From NCBI RefSeq assembly GCF_048593235.1, contig NC_133619.1, positions 362,280,454 to 362,344,453 of the forward strand: a DNA stretch of 64,000 nucleotides, in the 5' to 3' direction. Position 1 is the first letter of the stretch. The number at the start of each line of letters is the position of its first letter. This DNA comes from Sminthopsis crassicaudata. Its lineage: Eukaryota. Of this stretch, positions 46,450-60,241 are shown piece after piece. Below the pieces are notes generated by a model. That model was not told where the DNA came from. It made no database searches and saw only the letters and a list, made by a program, of their open reading frames with translations. A program made the position numbers and the translations under genes.

Positions 46450-47581
46450 CTATATCTATATAAGCAAGTCATGAAGTGTTCAACATAGTATGTCTATAAC
46501 ACAATTTGGGGGGACATTATGTCTCCTTTTGGTTATAAGCTAAAGTAATTGTATTATATTTAATCTAGCACTTGCTGTCCCAATCCATTTTGATTAGCTC
46601 TCTATAAAACTGCAATAATAGGGCAATAAACAGCAAGTGATTTCTCTTTAATTTTCAAAGCTCAAATTTTCTTTTGGAAATCAAAGTTTAACTTTTTGCA
46701 AAATTTTCTTTTTGTTCTATTGGAGAGTGTAAATTTTAAGAACGCATACAGAAACATAAATTGCCTTTGACTTGCACTAAAATGACTTCTGAGTGATGAC
46801 ATTCTGATCTAGGTGATTTTCTAGACTATCTTATTTTTGACCATGACTGACAGGTGTTTCTGATAATTGCCAGACTCCTCCTAAAATTCTAGCTACAAAA
46901 TGTGATTTCCAAGGCACTTAAATTTCATTTCTACTTCATGCTCTAAAAGCCAAGCTAAAACCTAGAGTTTGGAGGAGGCTGCATGCACCTAGATCCTACC
47001 TGGTCTTGACCCAGAGAGCTAAAGGCCCCATCTTCAGGCATGCTGATGCTGGAGCAGCTGTAATTCCTTTCCCTTTTTCAACACCTCCACAATACTGGCA
47101 CTCTCCTGGCACCTTTAAGACTATTGGTATTAAAATATCACATTGTAAAAATGCCTGTAGCACAGTGACCCAAACAGGCCCCCAGAGCCACAGCTTTCAA
47201 GCCATAAAATTTTAAATAGCTAGAAAAACTATTGAATAGCCAGGGTGTCAGGCAAACTTGGATTTTAAGTACAAATTCAAATGCTACAATTATTTCTGAA
47301 ATAACAAGGCCACAGGCCTAGGCTGCAGAGAGAAGCCTTCTACCTTCAGCCCATGTGCTTCAGACTTACAGGAAGTACTTAATAAGAATAATAATATCCT
47401 GAAAGACTAACCCACGGCAGTGTAATTAAAAAAGCTTTTCTGTCTCACTTTGAAAAAAAAAGGGGGGTAAGGGGTGGGAAATTAAAAACAGACAGGAAAT
47501 TCCACAACAACAAGCTGGCTTATATCCTAATAACACAGTCTTGTGCCAACTCTTCCAGAAAGTGGAGCACTATAGCATGCT

Positions 47582-47602
47582 TGCGCACACACGCGCGGCG
47601 CG

Positions 47603-47641
<39 letters not shown>
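47582..47641. repeat. Alternating purine-pyrimidine tract: (CG)-rich head plus (CA)n
   Basis: tgcgcacacacgcgcggcgcgtacacatacacacac... Confidence 0.9.
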
Positions 47642-47643
<2 letters not shown>

Positions 47644-48804
47644 AAAGACCAACTCAGAATCTGCTGCAGAGGCAACAGCTACATCCATCTGACTAAAAGA
47701 TCAATGCTGCAAACACATAAGAAAGAAGTTTGCTTTTCTAGTAAGGTGTTTTTATAGAAAACAGTTGAATGAAGAGGGGGCCACTGGGGCCTAGTCCAGA
47801 AAACATCACCCACAAGGCTGAGCTACTCAGAGTAGAAGCCAGACTTTTGAGATGTTCTTTCAGCAGCTGCTGTGACACAATTGATAGAAAAGGGGGAGGG
47901 AGGAAAGATGCTTTCACAGGCTTGCAGAGTTTCTAAACCACATGGTGATATAGAGAGAATTGAAAGACTGAGACAAATAAATAAATAGGTGGACATGGTT
48001 CAGATGCAGGAATATTAAAGGGACAACCTTTCTTTGATAAAATGATGTGAGCTAGAAAACGGAAAGAACAACTAAAACTAGATCAGTTTAATGAAGGAAG
48101 ATTAAATATTAGCATAAACAACAGATACTTCCACCAGTCTGCTGCTCCTATTCTTGATCTTATGTAAAGTATAAGAGGTAATGGAAAATGTCTCTGAAGA
48201 GCACAGACTTTCCAGGAAGTCAATGGGAGAAGGGAAGGAAGCCATCACTTTAAAATACATTATAAACATAGATTACAAGAATAAGAGTTAGAAGGATCAT
48301 GAGATTTGAAGATGGAAAGGACCTTAAAGTAGTCTAACCCAACCATGTCATTTTATAGATTGAAAAAAACTAAAGCTGAAGGAGTACAGGAAAGAGAGAT
48401 GATTTATTGATGGCAGCTCTGTGACCAGATCTCTGCTTACTCTTGTATAGTGATCCTATTACTAAATCAATGAGGAAGACCTTCTAGGATGCAGGTTTGA
48501 ACACTCATACCCCAAAATTAAAATGTCAACTTTATATACAGGGTTTAATCCATTAAGTCAGAGAAGGGCTTATATGAAGAAAACGGTGTATCATCCGACT
48601 TTCTCCCTGGATTCACCAAATCATGAATCCTGGGAAAGGCACTGGTAAAGTTGAGCTACACAATAGAAATCTGACTCAGTTTATCTCCAAGAAGGCAAAA
48701 TAACTTTGCTTGCTGTATTAATGTCTAGTCCATTCATGAGAGTAGCAATTCAGTATAGTATTAGAAAAGCTATAATCAGGCTACTTTCCCCTCCACTTTT
48801 CAAC

Positions 48805-48965
48805 AGCATTTTATTTTCCAAATATATGTAAAGATAGTTTTCAAAATTCTTTTTTTGTAAGACTTTGTGTTTCAAATTTTTCTCCTTTATCTTTCCCCTT
48901 CTCAAGATAGCAAGCAACTTGATAGATTAAACATATGCAATCCTTTAAAAAAAATATTTCTGTAT
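48805..48965 (-). mobile_element. Old L1 3'UTR end
   Basis: Antisense homolog of the 37560-37670 and 6900-7030 L1 termini. Confidence 0.65.
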
Positions 48966-49377
48966 CAAACTTCATTTCAAGACTGCACAAATAATTTGAG
49001 AACATCAAAAGAAAGTCATGTCTAATTTTATCCATCAAGGAACTCCAACCATTCCTAATCATTATAGTAATCCCACAGTCCTTACTATATATTTTTTTAT
49101 CCTCAAAGCTTACACAGATCTTATTTTGAACAGTTATTAAATTTTTTTTTTAAGGAAAGACTTCCCAGTACTTCTTGGTCTCAAGTTTATTCTTAAGAAG
49201 GCAATATAAATAGCTCTTTCCTTATTGTATTAGTATTCATCAGAATAATAGTACCAGATAGTATTAGAAATGCTAAAATCAAACCATATGTCAAGATATC
49301 ACAAAGTATGAGAAGTGTTGAGACATAAGAATTTATGTTTAAGATAATATTATTCAATTATACTTAATTAATTTAAA

Positions 49378-49605
49378 GGAAGCACAATAAATAGAGTGCT
49401 GGACCTGGAATCAGGAAGACTTATCTTCCTAAATTCAAATCAGGTCTCATCTACTTATTTGCTGTGTAATCCTGGGCAAGTGGTTTAACCCTGATGGCCT
49501 TGTTTCTTCATTTGTAAAATGAGCTAGAGAAGAAAGTGACAAACCATTCCAGCATTTTTGCCAAGAAAAATCCCAATGGGATCACAACTGAAAACAATTT
49601 AACAA
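49378..49605 (+). mobile_element. Mar1-type CORE-SINE
   Basis: agagtgctggacctggaatcaggaagac...gtaaaatgagctagagaagaaagtgacaaaccattccagcatttttgccaagaaaa. Confidence 0.8.
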
Positions 49606-50699
49606 TTTGAACTTTACTAATTAATATTTTTAATCACTTATGCACTGATTTGGTTCAAGATGACTTTTGAGGTCTCTAAGAAAGCAGGGTAAAAAGATCC
49701 CTCATTTTATGGGTGTGGATATCTCCCCTCTTTACCTTAGCAGACCATTTCTAAAGATTATTGATTCTCAAACTATTTTTGTTCTTGACACGATTTTATT
49801 CTTTGTTGTGAGGAATTGTAGCATTGTGAACATTTAAGTTGGTGACTCACTTGATAATGCTATGGGAGAACCAAGAGACTTGCACACATGCATACGATAG
49901 CAAATATAAATTTCATATAATTTAGGTACACAGCAAGAAAAGGGCCAAGATGGAATACCTTTTATGACCCAACACAATAGATTGTATGATATGGAAAAAA
50001 AAAAATCATCACTTCTAGCACATTTGCTGCGTCTGAGTCAAATTATAGGTATGTATGTGTGTATGTGTGTACACACACATATGTAAATTATAAAGTATAT
50101 TCTCTGCAAATGTGCTCCTACATGCATGCCCTATCTCTGTCTCTGCTTCTTTGTTTCTGTTTTTCTCTCTGTCTCTGTCTCTGTTTCCCTCTCCTTGGAC
50201 ATTCAACAGTCTGAATTTTTTTTTTAATTTAGAAGAATCTGTCAGGCACTACCTTCAAAGACTAGTAGACTAGCCTAGCTTTGAAAAACTCAATCCACTT
50301 CCATACCCTGTAATCCAAAAAGGTCTTTAGTAGAGAAAAAGTGAGTTAGCTGAAGACATCTAAGGATCATAGGATCATAAGAGATAGAAGGGGTTTTAGA
50401 AGTAATCTAATCTAGCCTCCTCATTGTATTAAAACCTAGAGCTGTTTTAAATGACTTTCAAAGTCACAAAGTGAATAAAAAGGTTAGGATTTGAACTCAA
50501 ATCTTTTGATTTCAGTCCCAGTAATCTCTCTACTTTGCAACACTTACATACTGTTAAAATAAGGAAAAGAAACACATATTTAGAATGAGAAAGCAGATTT
50601 TTTGAGCAACAATTAGCATAAAAAAATTACCTGTTTATCAACAACACACAAGTAACTTAGAGATCATTTTTTTTATCCAAAGTAGTTCTTTCAAAGATT

Positions 50700-50920
50700 C
50701 CTACAATTCATTCCACAAATGAGCTACTTATGCATAGAGCACTGTCCTAAATACTGGAAGAGATACAAAGTTTAGAAGAGATATGGTTTCTGTCTTCAGT
50801 CTAGTAAGGAGACAAAAGATGAATAACACACAATATAACATGATAAGTGAATTAGAGAGATACAAAATAAACTCTTGCATGAGGTCTCAGGGGAAGACTG
50901 TTACCAATCAGGGGGATCTT
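50700..50920 (-). mobile_element. L2 3' fragment
   Basis: attcattccacaaatgagctacttatgcatagagcactgtcctaaatactggaagagatac... Confidence 0.55.
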
Positions 50921-53900
50921 TTGTTAGTCTGTTTCCAATGACTGTATGTACTTGGAAGCGATATAACTATATTTCTTTACCAAAATTCCACAATTCAAAT
51001 CTTTCCCACAGCTCCACCTAATTAAAGGAGGTTTGACTTGGAATTCTCTGATCTTAGTATGAACAAAGTGCCAGAGACCTACAGAATCCAGCACTGAGGA
51101 GAATCTTACTTTCATTATTGAACTTCATTTCTTTGGAAAATTTTGTGAAGCTTCTAAGATCAATCATTTATTAAATCCTAATACTGTTATGAACCTAATG
51201 AAGGATCTAAGACTAGTTAAAGATATAATAACACTATCCATAATAATAGCTAGCCTTTATATAACAGTCTAGGTTTTATACAGTGCTTCTAAAATTTTTA
51301 TTTAATACTAAATACAAAGTAAGAAAAAACAAGAAGAAAACAAAACAATGTTGTGGGCCTAGCAGCTGATATATCAGGAAGGTTCACTATATGAAACAAT
51401 AAAATTCCATTTCAAGAAAGCATATATAATAATAGAAGAGGTTATATTCATGACTGAAAAGTGCTTTTAAAATATAATCTAATTTGATCCTTATAACCTT
51501 GGAAGGCAGATGCTACTATTATTCACATACTACAAATGAGGAATCAGAGGCATACAAAAATTAAGTAATTTACCAGAGCCACAATTAGCATATGTCTATG
51601 GTTGGATCTGAACTCTCATCTTTTGCACTCTTTCCACTGTAAAATCATTTAGGTATCTCTAGAACTAGTAACATTTGGGTCTGGAAACTAGTAACATTTG
51701 GGAGAGAAGATGTATTTGTTTGAAACAATTGCAATAATGAAAGTTCACATTTATATTAGCTTTATGGTTTCCTCAAAGCAACTTTGGGGTAGACAGCACA
51801 AAAATCCACATTATCCATATTTTATAAATGAACTATAAACTGGATCAGAGTTCAATTCTGGCCTTCCAAATATCTGAAGTCAAGTTCAAATTCTGCCCTC
51901 TTGATTCCAAGTCCAAACCTCTATCTACTCTTCCACCTGCACCTCTAACTTCATCAATTACAATGCTAAATTATATGGTAGTAATGGTAAGTACATGAAG
52001 AATTGAGGGTGAGTCCATCATGAAATGGAAGAGTGGGGAAAAGCCTCCTGAAGAAGGTGAAACATGAAAGGAATAACTGGATCTCATAAGGGCACTTCAT
52101 TTGGGTGGTCCCCTTTCCAGTCTCACAATGGAATTGCCTTTCTGTTATGTAAATTTGTCACTCGAGGCAATAGATTTTACTGCTTGGAAGTTTGAGTGCA
52201 TAGCTGTTCTCCAGAAGGCAAACTCTTAAGAGTTACTAATAGCTTTATAATGCCTCAAAATGCCAATCAGTTCACTCAGAGATCTATGATGTTTGGTCCA
52301 CATGCAACCAAATGGTTTAAATAAATTTTACACTGGAATTAAATGTTTTCTTGATTCTGTAAAATGACTGGCCAGATGCCCTGGAACTGTATTTTCATGA
52401 TATGTCATTTCTCTTCTTATCCCATGAACCACTCTCTATGAAACCAAAGTAGTAAAATGCATAGTGATGAATGCAACTGGTCAATTTTCCCTGCTTGCTA
52501 AGGGATATAAAAGTCATTTAATGACTTTTAACTTCAGGGACATTTGATCCTGACATGGTGGTACTGCCATTGTACCAAGCAGCATGTACATCCAACATAA
52601 AGCACTCATTTTGCATATTTTACAGATGAAGAGACCAAAGCATGGAGAAAAGTATTGGTAATCTGACCAGAACTCCAACTCACTCTTGACAACACACAGC
52701 ATCTTGTTTCTAAGAATAAGATTGTCTATAAAGCAGGGGGCTGGGTGGGGGTTGAAGGGGGAGCAGGACTCCAAAGGCTTCCTGAACATCAAAAAAGCCC
52801 TTGCAAAACAACATTTTGATGAGCTAAGTGTGTGAATTAAAAGCAGATGGATTCTATTTCCTTTAAAATAAACAAGGGAGTTAAAATTAAGGGGAAAACT
52901 CCCACACAAAATGTGTTTGGGGTCTGGTGAACATGGAACCACTTACAAATAGTCCAGGCCATTTTAGTAACTCCACTTACAATCTGACCCATTCCTCTTA
53001 ATTAAAAGGTGTCTTCAGAGAAAGACCTCTCCTTCAGGTATACCCAGCAGAATGCTAGACAACTTCAGAAGGAAAGGACATATTCATTAATGGATGGTTT
53101 GAGTGATGCCTGCCTTCTTATATCTTTATTTCTGCAAATTAAATCAGAAATATTGAAAATCATGGACCTTGGAATTATGGGTCTGAGAGTCTGCATCTAA
53201 CAATGTTTTCATGGCACAATAAAAGGCAACCAGGCCACATGCATGGGCAAACTTCCTACCATGAGAGGTAGGACAATCTGAAAGTACAAAGAGAGTTTAG
53301 GAAGGTTCAAAGAAGACAATTCCGTAATAGTTAATAAAAGGAAGATATATTCCTGGCATATCACTAACCTTTCAGGGCAAGATCATAGCACAAAGTACCC
53401 ATCTCTCCTTCTTATTCACCTCCCTCAGGCTGACCATTTGCAACTATTCTTTTCCTTTCAAAGCTACCCTTGACATTCATTTTAACCTGATTTCTCCTAT
53501 ATACATTTTTTGGGGGGGCAGGAAGCTCACAGTATGACTTGCCTCGGAGTTCCCTAGATGAGGCAAGAAGAGGACAAGTATTTCTTAAAAATAAAAAAGG
53601 ATGAGATTGAGTTTCACTTAGCTAATTTTCTTCTGGCCTCTCAAAAGTGACTTCAGCCCACAAAGATTTAGAAGATAGATGCTAGATGTGGTAGTTTTAA
53701 AATCCTCCTCAGTAAAATCTGAAATAAAGGTGAAGATGTACTGGGGGGCAGGAATGGGGGGAGAGTTATCAGTTTTCCCCAGCTGTGTTTCTGGTGGCTG
53801 CTAATAACCCCCATGTATCATCCTGTTCAGCTAGGAAAACGTTCTGACTGGTGTTAAAAATGGGCCCCTGCATAGTTTGTGGCTCATTCCCTTTGTAGCA

Positions 53901-55024
53901 TGTGCAGAAAGCTTGTTGTTAGCATGCTGTTTGTGTAATTAGGGTGGTTAAGATTGTATGGGGTCTACCACAGGTCCTGAAGAGTGATTGCAGTTCAGAA
54001 AAATCACCCACCTGGCTTTGCGCTGATTTATGGCCTGCTTGGTTAATAGCCCTGCTTAACACAGGAGTTTGTCGAGATTAAGTAATTGCCTTAAACAAAA
54101 GTTTATTATCTTTAAGACTCTGCTGATGAATGTTGAGGAAATCAGGTGATAGATAGTCTGTGATTTCCAACCCACTCCACCCTACATGTACATTTAAATA
54201 AATTAAAATATGCACTTTGATTAGGATAAAAAGTGACCATGAAATATTATCTTAAGGACACCCAGAGGGATCTGGGCAAATGAATGCAGAGCTGATTGAT
54301 ATGTCAGAAATTTGAAACTATTCCACAGCACAAAATGGGCCATCTTTGATGGAAAGACTTGATATCACTTCTCAATACAAATCAGCTCAATTGTTTCTAT
54401 TGATTCACTTTATTTAAAGATGCCATATTTCCTGAGGAATGCTAAATATGAAGAAGAGAGCCCTGGGATAGACTTAGAAAGGGACTTACTAGGCAAATGC
54501 TTCCTGTCTCAAGTGGTCAATCTTCCATATATCCCCTTGAAGGAAAATATGAAGTACTAAAGAATTAGCAATCCTATTAATGACCCCTTTCCTATAGGGC
54601 CTAGATAGAAACTGCAGTCCCAGAACAATGTATGGCTAGTTCATACATCGAAAGCTTTCCACAAACTTTCTTATTCTCCTACTTCCAACTCTATATTTAT
54701 CTAATGTAAACATTATTTCTCTATTTTAGATGAGGTACTCATTTATAATGTAATTCTGTTATTGTCACTTCTATGCCTGGGCTTTGTTCTTGTCCATTTT
54801 CATCACTTCCCTGTTATTCCACATGCATCCATTTCTTCAAAAATTAGGTCAAAAATTAACTCTACAAAACTTCCTTGAGCAACTTTATTCCTCTCTATAA
54901 TCATTTTCTTGCTTTATATGCTCTTAATTTATATTTAATTTGCATGAATTTACTTTAGTTTTTGGATTCTCCAATACACACCAGTTTTGTTTCCCAATTA
55001 ATTGTGAGAGCCTATGAGGAGACC

Positions 55025-55375
55025 CTAAGTCTTCTACTCCTCTATTTCTCACTATCCACTCATCACTCAACCTCTTGCAATATGGCTTTCATCTCTACTA
55101 CTATTATGAAATTGCTCTCTACAAGATCATCTGCAAGCTCAACAATCATAAATAATGATCTTTACTCAATGTTCATCCTGTTTGATTGTCATAATATTTG
55201 AAACTACTGACCATTTCTTCCTTGCTACTCTCTTTCTTTGGCTACTTTGAAATGCTTCTACCATAGAACTTGTCCTTCCTCTCTAAGCTTCTTTCTTAAG
55301 CTTCCTTCACTGCTTCCTCTTCATCCTGATACCCTTTTTCTTCTGTTCTTTCCATTCCCTCTCTTGATGAATTCA
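55025..55375 (+). mobile_element. L2 LINE fragment
   Basis: actcaacctcttgcaatatggctttcatctctactactattatgaaattgctctctacaag... Confidence 0.6.
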
Positions 55376-55384
55376 CCCAACATA

Positions 55385-55660
55385 TGGTAAAATATCAGAA
55401 TTGAGAGAGACTTCCAAGATAAATGAGTCCAAACTATACCTGAAAAGAAATTCCCTCTACAACACTTCCAAGAGGTAGTTGTTAGCTCCCACTTAAAGAA
55501 CTGGCAAAGTACTTTCTATCTTTTCCGGCAGGCTATTCCACTTTTGATTAGGTTCATCTTTTATGAAGTGATTCTTTATATGTATATTTGCAACCTCTTA
55601 GCTCCCATATCTTCTCCATTTGAAAAGTACCTTTATACCATTAGTCCTAGCTCAGGCACA
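55385..55660 (-). mobile_element. L3/CR1 3' fragment
   Basis: tcagaattgagagagacttcc...ttccctctacaacacttccaagaggtag...ctattccactttt; same type as 32795. Confidence 0.5.
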
Positions 55661-56584
55661 GTAGTTTGCATTTGCACAAAATTGGAAACTATTTTTCCAA
55701 TTTACTACTTTTTTTAAAATCTTATTTTAAGTTCAAAGAATCCCTTATCTTAGGAAGATTGAATCTGCATTATCATTCTTATTAAACTGAGGGTGAAAAT
55801 GAGGTTCAGAGATGTTTTGTGATTTACTCAAATCACAGACTTAGTGGCAATGCTCAGACCTTAATCATTCCAGTCCCAGTCAGGTCTAGCCTCTTGTGCT
55901 CTTAGTTAAATCAATGCTGCTTTTTACACAATTATCCTCAGTTCAGTACAATACATATAAACCGCTGTGCCAGCAATCTATTAGTTAGCATGTATTAAGC
56001 ATACTAACAGAGTAGTGGAAATGGCACTGTTAACTCATTCTAAGTGATGTGTCAACTTTTTTCTCACAATCTAGCACAGTAGGGAAGCAATGCCCTTGTA
56101 ACTGAGGGCTTCAACCATCACTTCTGGAAGAGGACTCCAAAATTTCTATTTCTAAGCACAAATACTTCCCTAAGCTGCAGACCTCAAACTTCAAATGCTT
56201 GTTAGACAGCTAGCCTACCAAGTCAATATATTCAAAACTAAATACCCCTCCCCAAACCCTGTCTCATCACTCTTCACACTATACCATATTGCCTCTCGAA
56301 AACTTTTAATATCTATAGAATAAAATCTGGCAAAGTCCTTCCCAATGTAGCTTTATTCCTCATTTACCCCAAAGTTAAGCCAAACTTAACTACTCATTGC
56401 CTTCTCCTGCCTTTATCTAGAAAGGACTCACTCTGTCTCCCTCTATTGACATCATCTATCTGCTTCTCCTAAAGCCCAACTTATTTTCTATTTCCTTCCT
56501 TCCTGCTTTTTAGGATCTTCCTAGCTAGAAATTATCTTCCTTTCTTAAATTCATCATAAGTTCAGCATGAAACCCTCTAAGCCA

Positions 56585-56765
56585 GGAAGACTTGTGTTTA
56601 AGACCTGCTTCTGGCACCCTAGGCTTTGTGACCAAAGGTAAGCACCTCAGTGCTCCAGGTGACTTTCTAACACTAAGTATCAGAGGAGGTGCCAACCTGC
56701 AATGGTTGAGGAAGTTTCCTCACCTGAGAATTCCCTATATTAATTCTATTTGTCATTTCACAAGA
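56585..56765 (+). mobile_element. Marsupial MIR-related SINE (MIR_Mars/MdoRep1-like)
   Basis: ggaagacttgtgtttaagacctgc...ggtgccaacctgcaatggttgaggaagtttcctcacctgagaattccctat. Confidence 0.55.
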
Positions 56766-59204
56766 GCTCTCTGGGTGCTCTCTGGGTGCTATAATAGATG
56801 AGATTATATGAATAATTTATATATCTTCTATAGTTACAAAGTTCCTTAGATATGTTGTCCCACTTGATATTATGGATATATACATATACATGTGTATGTA
56901 AATACTATCTTACATTATGTGTGTATTGTGCATGCACACATACATGCACACACACAAAGACACATATCTAGCCTTTAGCAATGGGACAGCATATAAACAT
57001 ATTATCTTACTACTTGGTAGTTCTAGAATTCTGAATTAGGAGGGGGGGAAATATTATTAAATGGTTTCATAGCTGTGGTCAGATATAACTGCATCAGGGC
57101 AGTGGCTAAGAGGTAGGTGGTTTGGTTTGGGGAGTTATTTTATTTTTTAAAGAGGAGGAAAAAACCACAGAGTTATGGAATACATGATTCTTAATGGAAT
57201 GTTTTACTGTTTACAAAAACAAAATGCAAACAAGAGGGCTGGTATCATGGTCAGGATCTCTACTTCTTCATTAGTACCGTACCCTACCCTATCTCACAGC
57301 TAGGTGGTCACTCCTCCCACACACATCCCATTTTAATGCATGTGAGTGCTTCAACAAGAAGGGCTTCCTAAAAATATAACTGCATAGGTGAGTCAATAAG
57401 AGGTTTCCCTTGCTTCCTGAATCAGTTAAGTCACCAAAACCCTCATGACTGCAACACTGTTATTATTTAATAACTGCTAGAGATTAAACAAACATATTAC
57501 TGGTAAGTACAGCCTGAGGAGCATCTCTTCCAGAATCTTTGGCCTATATGAGGCAGTCTTTATACTATTTCCTTTGTAATAAAAATCTGAAAATATTCTA
57601 TTGGTATGAAAAAAGCTCTCAACAGATATCCTGTTCAAAGGCCACATTGTATTGGCTGGACTAGGTCTAAAGTTGCAAAAGATATGACAGCAGAGAATAA
57701 ACTTCCAACAACTTCTGCCAAATTGAAAAGGTTTTGAATGTCAGTCCAGGAATGGAGTGTGTCTCTAGACCAAGAAACTGGCCTTTCTAGGCACACAGAG
57801 GGTCATCACCAAGAGCTGGCCACCAGCCCTTTTGTTTTGTTTTGTTTTTTGCTGAACCATTTATTCTGGGGTAGAGGAGATTGTGTTGAATGTCAGCAGA
57901 GGGAATAGCCACACAGATGAAATCACAGATCCTTCAAAATGAAAATTTCCGTAGCTGTTCCAATATCTGCTAACATGATGAGGGGTTTAGTCACCTAAGC
58001 CTAAAACCACTACACCTTAACATCCCAGAATTTTAGAGTGAGACCAGTCCTTTAATAGTTATGGACACTAAGGTCCAGAAAGATTGTATAGTTAATGAGT
58101 GAGGGAGATGTAACTAAAAATCAGGTCTTATGATTGGAGTCTCCTATTTTAAAGCAGAAAATCTTCACTGGGTTAGTACTATGACTATTACCATTACTCA
58201 GGCAAAGTTCATCCCTGCAGATTGTATGTTATAGAAAAAAAAAATGTTCTCCAGGTTGCAAAGTTTTGCAATAGCCCATGCTTGGTGACCAATACTATTT
58301 TTTCTTCTTACTGTTTCCTCATCACTAGGCCCAATGAATCAAATGTAGAGAACACACTTTCAGGAGAATTTAACCGAAATATAACAAGAAGTAGAGTTTA
58401 ACTTATTTATGTTCAACTGTATTTCTTTTAGAAACAACCAGAACTAGGAGAAGGCAAAGCAGATACAATGTAGCAGAGGAATGGAGAATTTAACTTAGGG
58501 GTGCTTTTTAATGAGAGCTCATTTTGTTTTTCATAAATGCACACAAATGCATAAATACCAGAAAATTACATATGTTTTATATCATGCTGCATATATAACA
58601 ATGAAGGCTCTAAACTTCTAGTGGCCAACACAAGAAGCACAATTTTCAACCTTGTTTATGGAGCACAAATGCTTTATACATGGGCCCAGAGCCAAGACAT
58701 GAATACATTCATTAGTAGAAGTGAACTACTTACAGAGCCCACATCTGATCACCATTGGTCCATAGCTTAGCATAGGGTAGAAGAAATCTTGCATTTCCTT
58801 CCAGGTCAAGAAGTTCAATCATCTGATTGAACAGAATTTTAGAGCTAGAAATCCCCAGGCCCAGAGACTTACAAACTCTGGAATGCCTTCCAGATTCCTG
58901 CTTTGCACATATAAGGCATTCAATAAATATTCATATAGCATCTAGCATTGTTTAAGCATGCAGTACATGCTCCTCAAGATTTTTAAAAATTAATTATGAG
59001 AACTGGAAAAAGCTCTAAACTGGGAAATTAATTTAATTAATTTCATAAATGCACATACTATTGCATTAAATGCACTAAATTAGAAAACTTATGGGTCCCA
59101 ATACCTGATTGTTCCATATTTTGATATTAATTCCTTTGTCTTAATACTGAGATCTCAATTGAAATGTAAATAGAAGGCATATCCCCATTGTGGATTAATT
59201 TATC

Positions 59205-59340
59205 AATCAAAACATATTTATTAAATGACCACTATATTTCAGGTACTGAACTAGTTGGGGATTAAATTGGGGATAAAAAGACAAAAATAAAACCATTTTA
59301 TCCCTCAAGGGGCTACTCCTTTCCAAGGAGAGGTTTTGGG
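59205..59340 (-). mobile_element. L2 3' end
   Basis: tcaatcaaaacatatttattaaatgacc...atccctcaaggggct. Confidence 0.6.
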
Positions 59341-60241
59341 GAAATGGAGAAAACTTAAGAGGTAGGTGCCTAGGGAGGCAGAGAGGAGGCAATGACATTA
59401 GGTAAGGGCTGAGGATGGGTGAGGGTAAGCATAAAAAAGACATCTAAGAGACACCTATTCTCTACAATATTGCCAAGGCCCAGCTTTCTCTGATGGGGTT
59501 CTTTTCCAATGTGATTATAGCAGGTGGCATAATGCTGCCATTAGTAGCAGGCCTTCTTGAAGTACAGTTTGAGCTTGCTGAGGTTGCAAAACTGAGCTTG
59601 TTTCCCTTTTCACAACAGATATTTACCCTAGCTCTCAAGATATGTGCTCTCTAAGAAACATCAAAGATTCTGGGATATCTGAATCCTACTAGTCCCCCTC
59701 ATTCCAGAAGCAAGAGGAAAACTGATTTTATTGGCATAGCAGGATTTGTTTATTAGAAACTGCTGCTGTCCAATCATTGTGCTCCTGGGCCAACTGCCCC
59801 CTTCTCCCCAGCAACATCTGGGCTAGAGAAGCTGGTAAACATTAAATATATAAAGCTTGGCAAAGGGTTTTAGGGAAAAGAATACTAAATGTGAAGTATC
59901 TGTGATTTGCTCTGCCTCTTACTAGCTATGTGAGTTGACATGGATGATTTCCAAAGTCTCTCCTAGTTCTAAATGCTGTGATTCTGACATGCCCCATCTG
60001 GTAATGGAAACCTTGGTGTGTTTCTGATCCCATATCTCCATCATACCTCTTCCTTCAAGATCCCATCAGCCATGAAGTTCACTTTAAGACCCCTCTGATT
60101 GGAGGCTGGAGTAAAGAGCTCCTCTCCAAGCCTCTACTTAAAGAAGGTTCCCAAGCTAGCTATCTCTTTTGCTCTCCTTTAGAATTCTCCTTCAGGCTCG
60201 GGAGGTAAGCTTCCCTTCCCACTGCACTTCAACTTGTATTT

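Noticed and set aside
52514-52942. 142-aa minus-strand ORF
   Set aside because: No similarity to GLI2 or any family I recognise; composition typical of non-coding DNA.
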